Shown here piece by piece: positions 10,005 to 18,798 of a DNA stretch of 64,000 nucleotides. Numbering within the stretch: the first letter of the stretch is position 1; every line of letters begins with the position of its first letter. The stretch is from an uncultured Chloroflexia bacterium (lineage in GTDB: Bacteria; Chloroflexota; Anaerolineae; JAAYZQ01), in the NCBI GenBank assembly GCA_963700285.1, contig CAVOXA010000010.1, positions 1,120,001 to 1,184,000 of the forward strand. The letters run 5' to 3'. The position numbers and the translations under genes are program-made. The notes below the pieces were generated by a model. The model saw nothing but the letters and a program-made list of their open reading frames with translations, was not told the DNA's origin and ran no database searches.

Positions 10005-11834
10005 ATGAGCGCAGCCCCACAACCCAGAACGTCCGCTTCCACTCAGGATGCGACCTTGGATGAACTTCAGGGCGTGCCTGCCAAGGAACTCCAGAATTGG
10101 CCCATCGACCGCGCCCGCTACCGGCGTGTGGTTCGCTATTTCTCCGGCGTAATCGCCCACTTTGTCTGGTGGGAGATCATCCTGCGCGCGATCCTGGGGC
10201 GTCGTTTTGTGGAGCGCTCCTCTGCCCGGCGCTGGCAGCGCATCGCCCGGCGCTACCGGATCCTGGCCATCGAGCTGGGCGGGGTTCTGATCAAGCTCGG
10301 CCAGTTTCTTAGTGTCCGGGTAGACGTTCTGCCCTATGTTGTCACCCATGAGCTGGCTGGTTTGCAGGATGAGGTTCCCGCTGAAGACCTAGCCGACATC
10401 CAGGCCGTTGTGGAGGCCGAGTATGGGCAGCCGATGAACCAGATCTTTGTCTGGTTCGCCCCACAGCCCGAAGCCGCCGCCTCCCTGGCCCAAGTTCACC
10501 GTGCCCGGCTTCTCACCGGCGACGACGTGGTAGTCAAAGTCCAGCGTCCCGGTATCGAGACAACCGTCGCAACCGATCTACGGGCCATTGAGACCGCCAC
10601 GCGCTGGCTCAAGCGCTACCGGCCTATCCGCCGGCGCGTCGACCTAGATCGCCTATACGCCGAATTCAGCCGTACCACGCGCAACGAGCTGGACTTTGTG
10701 CTTGAGGGTGAAAACGCCGAGCAGTTCGCTGATAACTTTGCCAATGATCCAGGCGTGCGCATCCCCAGGATCTTTGCTGCGTCGTCAACGCGCCGCGTTT
10801 TGATCATGGAGAACGTGGCCAGCATCAAGATCATGGACTTTTCGGCTCTGGAGGCCGCCGGTATTGACCGCAAGGAGGTCGCCCGCCGTCTCTTTGATGC
10901 CTATTTGCAGCAGGTCTTTGTCTACAATCTTGTTCACGCCGATCCCCATCCCGGTAATCTGTTTGTCCAGCCCCTGCAGCCGGCGCCTGATACAACGGGC
11001 TCGTCCAGTGTGCCGTCCCTCGGCCAGATGCTGTCAGGAGGGGCTCAGGGCACCCCAAAAAGTGGCGGCGCGCCCTTCCGGCTTGTTTTTGTAGATTTTG
11101 GCATGATGGCCACGGTCCCCGAGCGCGTGCGCGAGCATCTGCGTGACTTTCTCTTTGGTTTTGCCACGCGGGATGCAGCCCGGGTGGTGCGTGCCTATCA
11201 GGGGGCAGGCGTACTGCTGCCCGACGCCGACTTGGCCCGTCTTGAGCAGATGGAGGCCGACATCATGGAGCGCTACTCGGGCCTGACGCTGCGCCAGGCA
11301 CAGCAGGCTGCCAGGGATGATTGGCAGGACCTGGCCCACGAGTATCGTGATGTCTTGTACGAGATGCCCTTTCAGTTCCCGTCCGATCTACTCTTTGTGG
11401 GACGGGCACTCGCCATCCTTTTTGCCATGGCCACCTCACTGGATCCTGACCTTGATCCCTGGGCCGCCGTCAAGCCCTTTGCCCGGCAGATGGCGACCAG
11501 CGAAGCGCAACGTGACTGGCGCGGGGTACTGGGCGAACTGGAGCAAGCGACTAGGGTGATCCTCTCGCTGCCCGGGCAGGCTGACCGCTTCTTCCGTCGC
11601 GCCAGCCAGGGCGAGTTGACGGTGCGCACATCCTGGCCGCCTGAAGCCGTGCGGAGCGTGCGCCGCGTGGAGACAGCGGTCAATCGTCTCACAAGCGCCG
11701 TGGTCTTTGCCGCACTGTTGCTGGCAGCTGTGGTCGTCTATGTGACCCAGGGTGCTGGCCCGGCCAGCTATGTCCTCAGTGCGCTTGCCTTGGTGGCGCT
11801 GCTGGCAACGCTCATCCGCAGAACCCCCGGCTGA
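10005..11834 (+). CDS. AarF/ABC1/UbiB family kinase
   Basis: IKLGQFLS, AAASLAQVHRA, VKVQRP, HADPHPGN, DFGM; C-terminal TM helices. Confidence 0.9.
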   Translation: MSAAPQPRTSASTQDATLDELQGVPAKELQNWPIDRARYRRVVRYFSGVIAHFVWWEIILRAILGRRFVERSSARRWQRIARRYRILAIELGGVLIKLGQFLSVRVDVLPYVVTHELAGLQDEVPAEDLADIQAVVEAEYGQPMNQIFVWFAPQPEAAASLAQVHRARLLTGDDVVVKVQRPGIETTVATDLRAIETATRWLKRYRPIRRRVDLDRLYAEFSRTTRNELDFVLEGENAEQFADNFANDPGVRIPRIFAASSTRRVLIMENVASIKIMDFSALEAAGIDRKEVARRLFDAYLQQVFVYNLVHADPHPGNLFVQPLQPAPDTTGSSSVPSLGQMLSGGAQGTPKSGGAPFRLVFVDFGMMATVPERVREHLRDFLFGFATRDAARVVRAYQGAGVLLPDADLARLEQMEADIMERYSGLTLRQAQQAARDDWQDLAHEYRDVLYEMPFQFPSDLLFVGRALAILFAMATSLDPDLDPWAAVKPFARQMATSEAQRDWRGVLGELEQATRVILSLPGQADRFFRRASQGELTVRTSWPPEAVRSVRRVETAVNRLTSAVVFAALLLAAVVVYVTQGAGPASYVLSALALVALLATLIRRTPG

Positions 11835-11963
11835 TCTCCCAAAAAGGGTTTTCGCCTTGCCTCAGATATGCTATAATATGGGTGCCCGACCTCAGCAGGC
11901 CGGGTGACAGTCCTCTCTTCAGTGACCGGTGATCCCTGAGGACCAGGGACGAGGAGGTAAAGT

Positions 11964-12923
11964 ATGCGCTGGCTTCAGCCGCAACCCGAACAAAGCTCGG
12001 GTACCATCCGCCGTTCTGTCATTGCCGGGACTTGGTATCCGGGCACGAAACAGAGTCTGGTCCGTGCCGTAGATGGCTATTTGGCTCAAGCAGATCGGGC
12101 GCCAGGGACAGGCGAGCCGGTTCCAGGTGAACTGCTGGCGCTCATCAGCCCGCATGCTGGCTACGCCTATTCTGGCCAGACATCGGCCCATGCCTACCAC
12201 CAGTTGCAGGGTCGAGAAGTCAAGACTGTGGTACTGCTGGGCCCCAGTCATCGAGCCTGGGTGGGCGATTATGCCACGAATGACGTGGATGCCTATGAAA
12301 CGCCGCTGGGCCTGGTGCCTCTAGATCGGGGATTTATCTCAGCTCTGGACGAAAGGGTGTCTCTGCCGCGCCTGCGCCGCGATGAGGAGCACTCACTGGA
12401 GATCCAGTTGCCGTTCCTTCAGCGCCAACTGGGCGATTTTCAACTGGTACCGATCCTGATGAACGCCGAGGATCCGGCCGCCACCCAAAGGCTGGCAAAG
12501 GCCCTGGCCGAGGTTGTCCAGCAGCGCTCGCGCGAGGGCGGCAACGGGGACGGCGCCCGCAACAACGGTTGCGCCCGCAACCACAGTTGCGGCTGCAACC
12601 ACAGTTGCGGCCGCCACCTGTTAGTGGCCAGTTCTGATCTGCACCACATCGATGACTATGACAGAGTAGTCCACCGTGACCGGCCGGTCGTGGAGGCCAT
12701 TGCCGCCTACGATCTAAAAGCCCTCACGCCATTGCTGATGGTGCCAGATTGTTCCGTGTGCGGCCGGATGCCCATCCTGACCGTCCTGCACGCGGCTAAG
12801 AAACTAGGGGCTGACTCTGTACGGGTCCTCCACCATACCAACTCGGGTGACGTGAGCGGTCAGCGCCGCGCCGGCACGTACACGGTCGGCTATATGTCGG
12901 CCGCCATATACAAATCCCAATAG
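11964..12923 (+). CDS. amrB: MEMO1 family protein (AmmeMemoRadiSam system protein B)
   Basis: AGTWYP, ISPHAGYAYSG, LGPSH, EHSLEIQLPFLQ, ASSDLHH, VCG, NSGD, VGY. Confidence 0.88.
   Translation: MRWLQPQPEQSSGTIRRSVIAGTWYPGTKQSLVRAVDGYLAQADRAPGTGEPVPGELLALISPHAGYAYSGQTSAHAYHQLQGREVKTVVLLGPSHRAWVGDYATNDVDAYETPLGLVPLDRGFISALDERVSLPRLRRDEEHSLEIQLPFLQRQLGDFQLVPILMNAEDPAATQRLAKALAEVVQQRSREGGNGDGARNNGCARNHSCGCNHSCGRHLLVASSDLHHIDDYDRVVHRDRPVVEAIAAYDLKALTPLLMVPDCSVCGRMPILTVLHAAKKLGADSVRVLHHTNSGDVSGQRRAGTYTVGYMSAAIYKSQ
12540..12611 (+). repeat. Four in-frame 18-bp tandem units inside amrB
   Basis: GGCAACGGGGACGGCGCC / CGCAACAACGGTTGCGCC / CGCAACCACAGTTGCGGC / TGCAACCACAGTTGCGGC. Confidence 0.85.
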
Positions 12924-12952
12924 GGTTGCTTTGACCATTAGCCGCTAGTCCC

Positions 12953-15898
12953 ATGTTTGCCCAAATCGTCGTCCATCGTCCCACATACCGCCAGCCCCCC
13001 GCGGGCAGTGATCCACTGCGGGGCGATGGCTCGCGCCTGCTGACCTACACCTACAGCCTGCCCGAACGCCTGCGGGAGGCGGCGACGGCCGGCCACCTGG
13101 TACAGGTTCCCTTGCGGGCGAGTACGGCCCTGGGTGTAATCACATCCGTGGTAGATACGCCCCCACCGGAACTGGCACCAGAGGCGATCCGCGACGTAGC
13201 CGAGATCCTCGATCCCCTGCCCGTGGTCACACCGACCCAGATCAAACTTGCACGCTGGCTCGCTGAGGAGTATCTCGCCCCGCTGTCGCAGGCGATGCGC
13301 TTGTTCCTGCCCCCGGGACTTGAAGATCGGACCACCATCGTCGTCACCCAGACGGCCACAGCCATCCCTCCGCGTGATCTGCCGCGTGAGGAAGTTGCGG
13401 TACTGGATTCACTGCGGGCAAGTCGTGGCCAGATGCGCCAGAGTACGCTGCTCCGGCGCGTTCGAGGCGATGACCCTGAGGCAGTACTCCATTCCCTCGC
13501 CGGCAGGGGTCTTATCGACGCTCGCTACGCCCTGGTCCCACCCAAAGCAGCTCCCCCTCGTGTCCAATACGTCCGCCTCCTGGCCGATGAGGTGGCCATC
13601 GATGCCTCCCTGCCCCGCCTTGGCCACTCCTCAAAACAAGCCGACGTCCTCCTAGCCCTGGCCCGCCACACGGACGCGCCCCTTAACCTGGCGGAGGTCT
13701 GCGAGTTGGCCAGGTGCACCGAGGGTCCCGTCCGCGCTCTGGCAGAGCGCGGCTGGGTGCAGATCACCGGGCGTCGATCTCTGGTGGTAGCCTTGCCGGG
13801 TGCCGAGTCCACCGACTTGAGCCAGGCTTCCAAACAGAATGCCGCCTTATCTGTACTCCTTGACCACGGTGGTACTGTAGAGAGCCAAGATCTCAGGGAG
13901 GCAGGTGTTTCCTCATCAGCCGTGTCTGCACTGGCCAAGAAACAGTTGGTCCAGCGCATCACCGAAGAGCCGCTGGTTCTCTTGACCCTGTCGTCTGACC
14001 GGCTGGTGGACAGTGTGCTGGAACTGCGGGGCGCCAAAAAGCAGCGCGCCGTGCTGGATGCGCTGCGTGGTGCCACTGGGCGCGTGTGGGTGGGTGGCAT
14101 CTATGCCCAGACCGGCGCCGATCTGCATGTTCTCAAACAGTTGGCCGAACTCGGCCTGCTCAGCCTTCACGCCCAGGAGTACGATCGCCCTCGACCTACG
14201 GGGCCCGAGGCGCCACCGCGCCTCACCCCCGACCAGGAGGCTGTCTGGCGGGAAGTGGAGCGGGGAAGAAAGGCAGGGGCAGCCCAGGGCGAACCTTTTG
14301 TCGCGCTCCTCCATGGGGTCACTGGTTCGGGCAAGACCGAGATCTATTTGCGCGCCCTGGAAACCACCCTGGCCGCTGGCCAGCGGGCCATCGTTCTCGT
14401 GCCCGAGATCAGCCTGACGGCCCAGACGGTCCGCCGTTTTGAGGCACGGTTCCCCGGCCGTGTAGCTGTGCTGCACAGCCAACTGACCCTAGGCCAGCGC
14501 TACGAGGTCTGGGACCAGGTGCGCCGGGGTGATGCCGATGTGGTCATCGGCCCCCGCTCGGCCCTTTTTGCTCCCATCTCGCGCCTGGGCCTCATCGTAA
14601 TGGATGAGGCTCATGACGATTCCTACAAGCAAGCTGAGCCGATCCCTCTGCCTGCCTACCACGCCCGGCAGGTTGCCCTGGCTTTGGGCCGGCTGACCGG
14701 GTCCGCAGTCCTAATGGGTAGCGCCACGCCTGATCTAACGGCCTACTACCACGCCACTCGGGGCGCCTACCGCTTGCTCGAACTCCCCTACCGTATCCTG
14801 CCCGGGTCCGCCGAGGCATCTCTGCATGCACATTCGCTCCTCCCTCCTGTCCGTATTGCAGACCTGCGGCAGGAACTGCAGGCCGGCAACCGGAGCATGT
14901 TCAGCCGCGCACTCCAGGAGGCTCTGCACCGTACCTTGACTGCGGGAGAGCAGGCCATCCTTTTCCTGAACCGGCGGGGTACTGCTACCTTTGTGCTCTG
15001 CCGTGACTGCGGCTACGTAGCCCGTTGTCCCAACTGTGATACCCCCCTCACCTTGCACCGCCTGGCTCAGAGGTCCTCAACGCGGGGCCAAGAGGTCTCG
15101 GACCCGCCGCGCCTGATCTGCCATCACTGCCGGCACGGGGAACCCTCCCCAGCGCGTTGTCCAGACTGTGGAAGCCGGCGCATCCGTCATTTCGGCCTGG
15201 GCACCGAGCGAGTGGAGGACGCGGTACGCCAATTGTATCCCGAGGCTCGCCTGCTCCGCTGGGACCGGGACACGGCTGCAGGTCCTGACCACGAGCAGTT
15301 CTTGCAGGCATTTGTGGACCATCGTGCTGATGTGTTGGTCGGCACGCAAATGATCGCCAAGGGGCTCGACCTGCCTCTGGTTACGCTGGTGGGTGTAGTG
15401 TCGGCCGACACGGCGCTCCATCTTCCTGACTACCGTGCAGCCGAGCGTGCGTTTCAACTCCTGACCCAGGTGGCTGGGCGAGCAGGTCGTAGCTACCGGG
15501 GCGGCCAGGTCATCATTCAGACCTACAACCCCGACCACTATGCGGTCCAGTCCGCGGCCCACCACGACTTTGCAGGCTTCTATCACCGGGAACTGACCTA
15601 TCGCCGTCAACTTGGTTACCCTCCTTTCAGCCGCCTGGTAGCCCTGCGCCTTAGTGACAAGGACGCCTACCGCTGCCGCGCCGAAGCGGAACACTTGGGC
15701 CGGTGGCTGATGGCCGAGATCCAGCGCCTTGGCCTGGCGATCGACCTGATCGGCCCTGCTCCCTGCTTTTTCAGCCGGGTTCAGGACCGCTATCGGTGGC
15801 AGATCGTCCTTCGTGCGCGCGATCCCAGGCCTCTACTCTCTGACGTGGCGCTGCCGCGAGGCTGGAGCGTCGATGTGGATCCGGTCAGTCTGTTGTGA
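12953..15898 (+). CDS. priA: Primosomal protein N' (replication restart helicase)
   Basis: LHGVTGSGKTEIY, DEAH, GSATP, four CxxC pairs, GTQMIAKGLD, QVAGRAGR, VDVDPVSLL. Confidence 0.95.
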   Translation: MFAQIVVHRPTYRQPPAGSDPLRGDGSRLLTYTYSLPERLREAATAGHLVQVPLRASTALGVITSVVDTPPPELAPEAIRDVAEILDPLPVVTPTQIKLARWLAEEYLAPLSQAMRLFLPPGLEDRTTIVVTQTATAIPPRDLPREEVAVLDSLRASRGQMRQSTLLRRVRGDDPEAVLHSLAGRGLIDARYALVPPKAAPPRVQYVRLLADEVAIDASLPRLGHSSKQADVLLALARHTDAPLNLAEVCELARCTEGPVRALAERGWVQITGRRSLVVALPGAESTDLSQASKQNAALSVLLDHGGTVESQDLREAGVSSSAVSALAKKQLVQRITEEPLVLLTLSSDRLVDSVLELRGAKKQRAVLDALRGATGRVWVGGIYAQTGADLHVLKQLAELGLLSLHAQEYDRPRPTGPEAPPRLTPDQEAVWREVERGRKAGAAQGEPFVALLHGVTGSGKTEIYLRALETTLAAGQRAIVLVPEISLTAQTVRRFEARFPGRVAVLHSQLTLGQRYEVWDQVRRGDADVVIGPRSALFAPISRLGLIVMDEAHDDSYKQAEPIPLPAYHARQVALALGRLTGSAVLMGSATPDLTAYYHATRGAYRLLELPYRILPGSAEASLHAHSLLPPVRIADLRQELQAGNRSMFSRALQEALHRTLTAGEQAILFLNRRGTATFVLCRDCGYVARCPNCDTPLTLHRLAQRSSTRGQEVSDPPRLICHHCRHGEPSPARCPDCGSRRIRHFGLGTERVEDAVRQLYPEARLLRWDRDTAAGPDHEQFLQAFVDHRADVLVGTQMIAKGLDLPLVTLVGVVSADTALHLPDYRAAERAFQLLTQVAGRAGRSYRGGQVIIQTYNPDHYAVQSAAHHDFAGFYHRELTYRRQLGYPPFSRLVALRLSDKDAYRCRAEAEHLGRWLMAEIQRLGLAIDLIGPAPCFFSRVQDRYRWQIVLRARDPRPLLSDVALPRGWSVDVDPVSLL

Positions 15899-16007
15899 CG
15901 AGGGCCGAGTACGCTTCCGGTCTTCTGTCGTGGAGGGTGTTGTTCCGCGGGGCAATGTTTTTGTCTCTTGCCAGGGCCATGCTCAGACCCTTTTCGTCTC
16001 CATCAAT

Positions 16008-16036
16008 TTGACATTTTCCCCGGCCGCTGGTACAAT
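16008..16036 (+). promoter_or_regulatory. sigma70 promoter of tRNA-Glu
   Basis: TTGACA-17 nt-TACAAT about 20 nt upstream of the tRNA. Confidence 0.7.
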
Positions 16037-16056
16037 AGCAACGTGGTTGGATTCGA

Positions 16057-16132
16057 GGCGGATTCGTCTAGTGGCCTAGGATACTGCCCTCTCAAGGCAG
16101 AGACACGGGTTCGAACCCCGTATCCGCTACCA
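16057..16132 (+). tRNA. tRNA-Glu (anticodon CTC), CCA encoded
   Basis: Cloverleaf GGCGGAT-TC-GTCTAGTGGCCTAGGAT-A-CTGCC CT CTC AA GGCAG-AGAC-ACGGG TTCGAAC CCCGT-ATCCGCT-A-CCA. Confidence 0.95.
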
Positions 16133-16147
16133 AGCAGAGCCACCGGT

Positions 16148-16177
16148 AAGCACCATCGAAGAGATGGTGCTTATTTG
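16148..16177 (+). terminator. Hairpin terminator after tRNA-Glu
   Basis: AAGCACCATC-GAAGA-GATGGTGCTT followed by ATTTG. Confidence 0.6.
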
Positions 16178-16214
16178 ATTATACGGCCGGTCAATGATCG
16201 GCAGGAGGCCAGGC

Positions 16215-18566
16215 ATGGTTACGTTCGACCCGGAGGCGTTGCCCAAGGTACTTCAAATCTACCTGGAGATCATCCAGTATCCCACCCTGGCGCCCAGGAT
16301 CCGGGAGCGGATGCGCAAGGAGCTTCACCAGCGAGGGATCATCACTGCCCCGGATCTTGAGCGAGAGGTCAAGATCCGGGCCGTGCAGTCCCAAGAGCGT
16401 GAAGGCTTGCAGGATCCCATGGTCGAAGAATCGGCGGACCTGTGGCAGAAGCGTCTGAGCCACTTTCGCGACAACCTGACCGATTTCTACTTTGCTCACA
16501 ACCTACCTCATGCACTCTTTGAAGACATTGTCCGCGACGTGCTCGTCAAGCGGATGTCCCCCGACGACGTGTTCCTGACCTTCAACCCCGAGCTGGCCCC
16601 CTGGGACATGCTCTTTGCCCGAGGAGAAGCATACGAAGCCCTGCCCCCGGACCAGCGCGCCAAAGTACAGCACCACTTGCGCGAGATCGTCGTCGTGCTC
16701 ATCAAAGGACTCATCAGCGATCAACTTGGCTTTGTGGGTATTGCCAAAGACCTGTTCTCCATCGCTGATCTGCAGGCCATCCGCCACAGGCGCCTTGGCC
16801 GGGGCAAGATCGGCGGCAAGGCTGCAGGGATGATGCTGGCCTGGAAGATCCTCAGCCTAGATGAATCCAACGAAACAATGGATCTCAGGAGCCGCATTGT
16901 TCTCCCGGAATCCTACTTTATTGGCGCCGACGTCTTTTACGACTTTATGTCGCACAATGGCTTGCACCATCTGCACAACCAGAAGTACAAGACCAAAGAA
17001 GAGATCGAGGCGGACTATCCTCATGCCCGCGAGGGCTTTCTCGGCGGGCAGTTTCCCGACGAGATCGTGGATGGGCTGCGGGAGATCCTGGCCGGAGTTG
17101 GCAATCGCCCGCTGATCGTGCGATCTTCCAGCCTCCTGGAGGACAACTTTGGGAAGTCTTTTGCCGGTAAATATGACAGTTACTTCTGCCCCAACCAGGG
17201 AACGCCCGAAGAGAATCTGGAAGCCTTGATCCGGGCTATCATCAGGGTCTATGCCAGCGTGCACAATCCGGATGCGCTCTTTTACCGGCGGGAGATGGGC
17301 TTGCTGGACTATGACGAGCGGATGGCTGTTTTGCTGCAAGAGGTCCAGGGAGATCGCCACGGTGATTTCTTTTACCCCACCCTGGCCGGCGTGGGTTTTA
17401 GCTACAATCCTTTCCGCTGGACGTCTAAAATCCGTCGCGAGGATGGGTTCCTGCGAATGGTCTGGGGACTGGGTACCCGTGCCGTGGACCGAGTGTCAAA
17501 AGACTATCCCCGTATGGTTGCGCTCAGCCACCCTGATCTGCGGCCCGAAGTGGGCGCCAAGGAGATCAAGCGCTACTCGCAGCACTTTGCAGACGTAATC
17601 AACCTGGCTGAGAACGAGTTTCAAACCGTGCCCTTGCCCGATGTGCTGAGCATGGACTCGCCGTCGATCCGGCTGTTGGTCTCGGAGGACCGGGGAGATT
17701 ACCTGCAGCCACCCCTGGTCTATGATCCCAGTTTGTCACCCCACGACCTGGTCCTGACCTTTGACAACCTGCTGACCAAGACGCAGTTTATCCCCCTGTT
17801 CAAGACTATGCTCAGGAACCTGGAGGATCGCTTTGGGCGCCACGTGGATGTCGAATTCACTGCCGATATCGTGCCCGGCTACCCGCAGCCCGATTTTCTC
17901 ATCCACTTGCTCCAGTGCCGGCCACAGTCCCGCCAGGAATCGACGCAGGCCATAGAGGTACCAACCACTGTCTCCGAGGCAGATACCCTCTTTACTGCCG
18001 ACCATCTGATACCCCACGGGAAGGTACAGCGCATCCGATACATTGTCTTTGTTGACCCCGATGCCTATACCCGTCTCCCGGACGAGACGACCCGGCTGCA
18101 ACTCGCACGGGTAGTAGGACAGGTGAACCAAATACTGGAGAAAAAGAGCTATATTCTGATGGGGCCGGGGCGCTGGGGGAGTAGCAACATTGACCTGGGT
18201 GTCAAGGTAACGTACGCAGATATCTATAATACCGCCATGTTGATCGAGATAGGTCTGTCAGATGGGGGTTCAGCACCCGAGGTTTCTTACGGTACCCACT
18301 TTTTCCAGGACTTGGTCGAGACCGAGATCTATCCCCTGGCGCTCTACCCAGACCGGGATGAAACGACATTGAACTGGCGATTCTTCCGCGAGTCTGCCAA
18401 CGAGCTGCCAACCCTACTGCCCAACTGCGCGCCGTACGCCGAATACGTGCGGTTGATCGACGTGCCGGCGGTGACCCAGGGGCGCATGTTGGAGGTCATT
18501 ATGGATGGCGAGAGCAGTCAGGCCTTGGGCTTTCTCCGCCACTACCCAACCGAGGATGGTTGGTAG
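16215..18566 (+). CDS. PEP/pyruvate-binding domain protein (PPDK_N / ATP-grasp-like)
   Basis: GKIGGKAAG, PLIVRSSSLLEDNFGKSFAGKY, WGLGTRAVD, VDVEF, LLQCRP, GPGRWGSS, SYGTHFFQDLVE. Confidence 0.82.
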   Translation: MVTFDPEALPKVLQIYLEIIQYPTLAPRIRERMRKELHQRGIITAPDLEREVKIRAVQSQEREGLQDPMVEESADLWQKRLSHFRDNLTDFYFAHNLPHALFEDIVRDVLVKRMSPDDVFLTFNPELAPWDMLFARGEAYEALPPDQRAKVQHHLREIVVVLIKGLISDQLGFVGIAKDLFSIADLQAIRHRRLGRGKIGGKAAGMMLAWKILSLDESNETMDLRSRIVLPESYFIGADVFYDFMSHNGLHHLHNQKYKTKEEIEADYPHAREGFLGGQFPDEIVDGLREILAGVGNRPLIVRSSSLLEDNFGKSFAGKYDSYFCPNQGTPEENLEALIRAIIRVYASVHNPDALFYRREMGLLDYDERMAVLLQEVQGDRHGDFFYPTLAGVGFSYNPFRWTSKIRREDGFLRMVWGLGTRAVDRVSKDYPRMVALSHPDLRPEVGAKEIKRYSQHFADVINLAENEFQTVPLPDVLSMDSPSIRLLVSEDRGDYLQPPLVYDPSLSPHDLVLTFDNLLTKTQFIPLFKTMLRNLEDRFGRHVDVEFTADIVPGYPQPDFLIHLLQCRPQSRQESTQAIEVPTTVSEADTLFTADHLIPHGKVQRIRYIVFVDPDAYTRLPDETTRLQLARVVGQVNQILEKKSYILMGPGRWGSSNIDLGVKVTYADIYNTAMLIEIGLSDGGSAPEVSYGTHFFQDLVETEIYPLALYPDRDETTLNWRFFRESANELPTLLPNCAPYAEYVRLIDVPAVTQGRMLEVIMDGESSQALGFLRHYPTEDGW

Positions 18567-18792
18567 CCACTACCCAACCGAGGATGGTTGGTAGCCACTA
18601 CCCAACCAAGGATGGTTGGTAGCCGCTACCCAACCGAGGATGGTTGGTAGCCGCTACCCAACCAAGGATGGTTGGTAGCCGCTACCCAACCAAGGATGGT
18701 TGGTAGCCACTACCCAACCAAGGATGGTTGGTAGCCGCTACCCAACCAAGGATGGTTGGGTAGCCATTACCCTGCCATGGACAGTAGGTAGC
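18538..18792. repeat. Tandem array of eight 28-bp palindromic units plus one degenerate unit, no spacers
   Basis: Unit GCC[A/G]CTACCCAACC[G/A]AGGATGGTTGGTA starting at 18538, 18566, 18594, 18622, 18650, 18678, 18706 and 18734; degenerate copy at 18763-18790. Confidence 0.95.
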
Positions 18793-18798
18793 AACCAT

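Noticed and set aside
18538-18792. CRISPR array (28-bp palindromic repeats, DinG nearby as in type IV systems)
   Set aside because: Units abut with no spacers and there are no cas/csf genes. The DinG is the housekeeping exonuclease-fused type.
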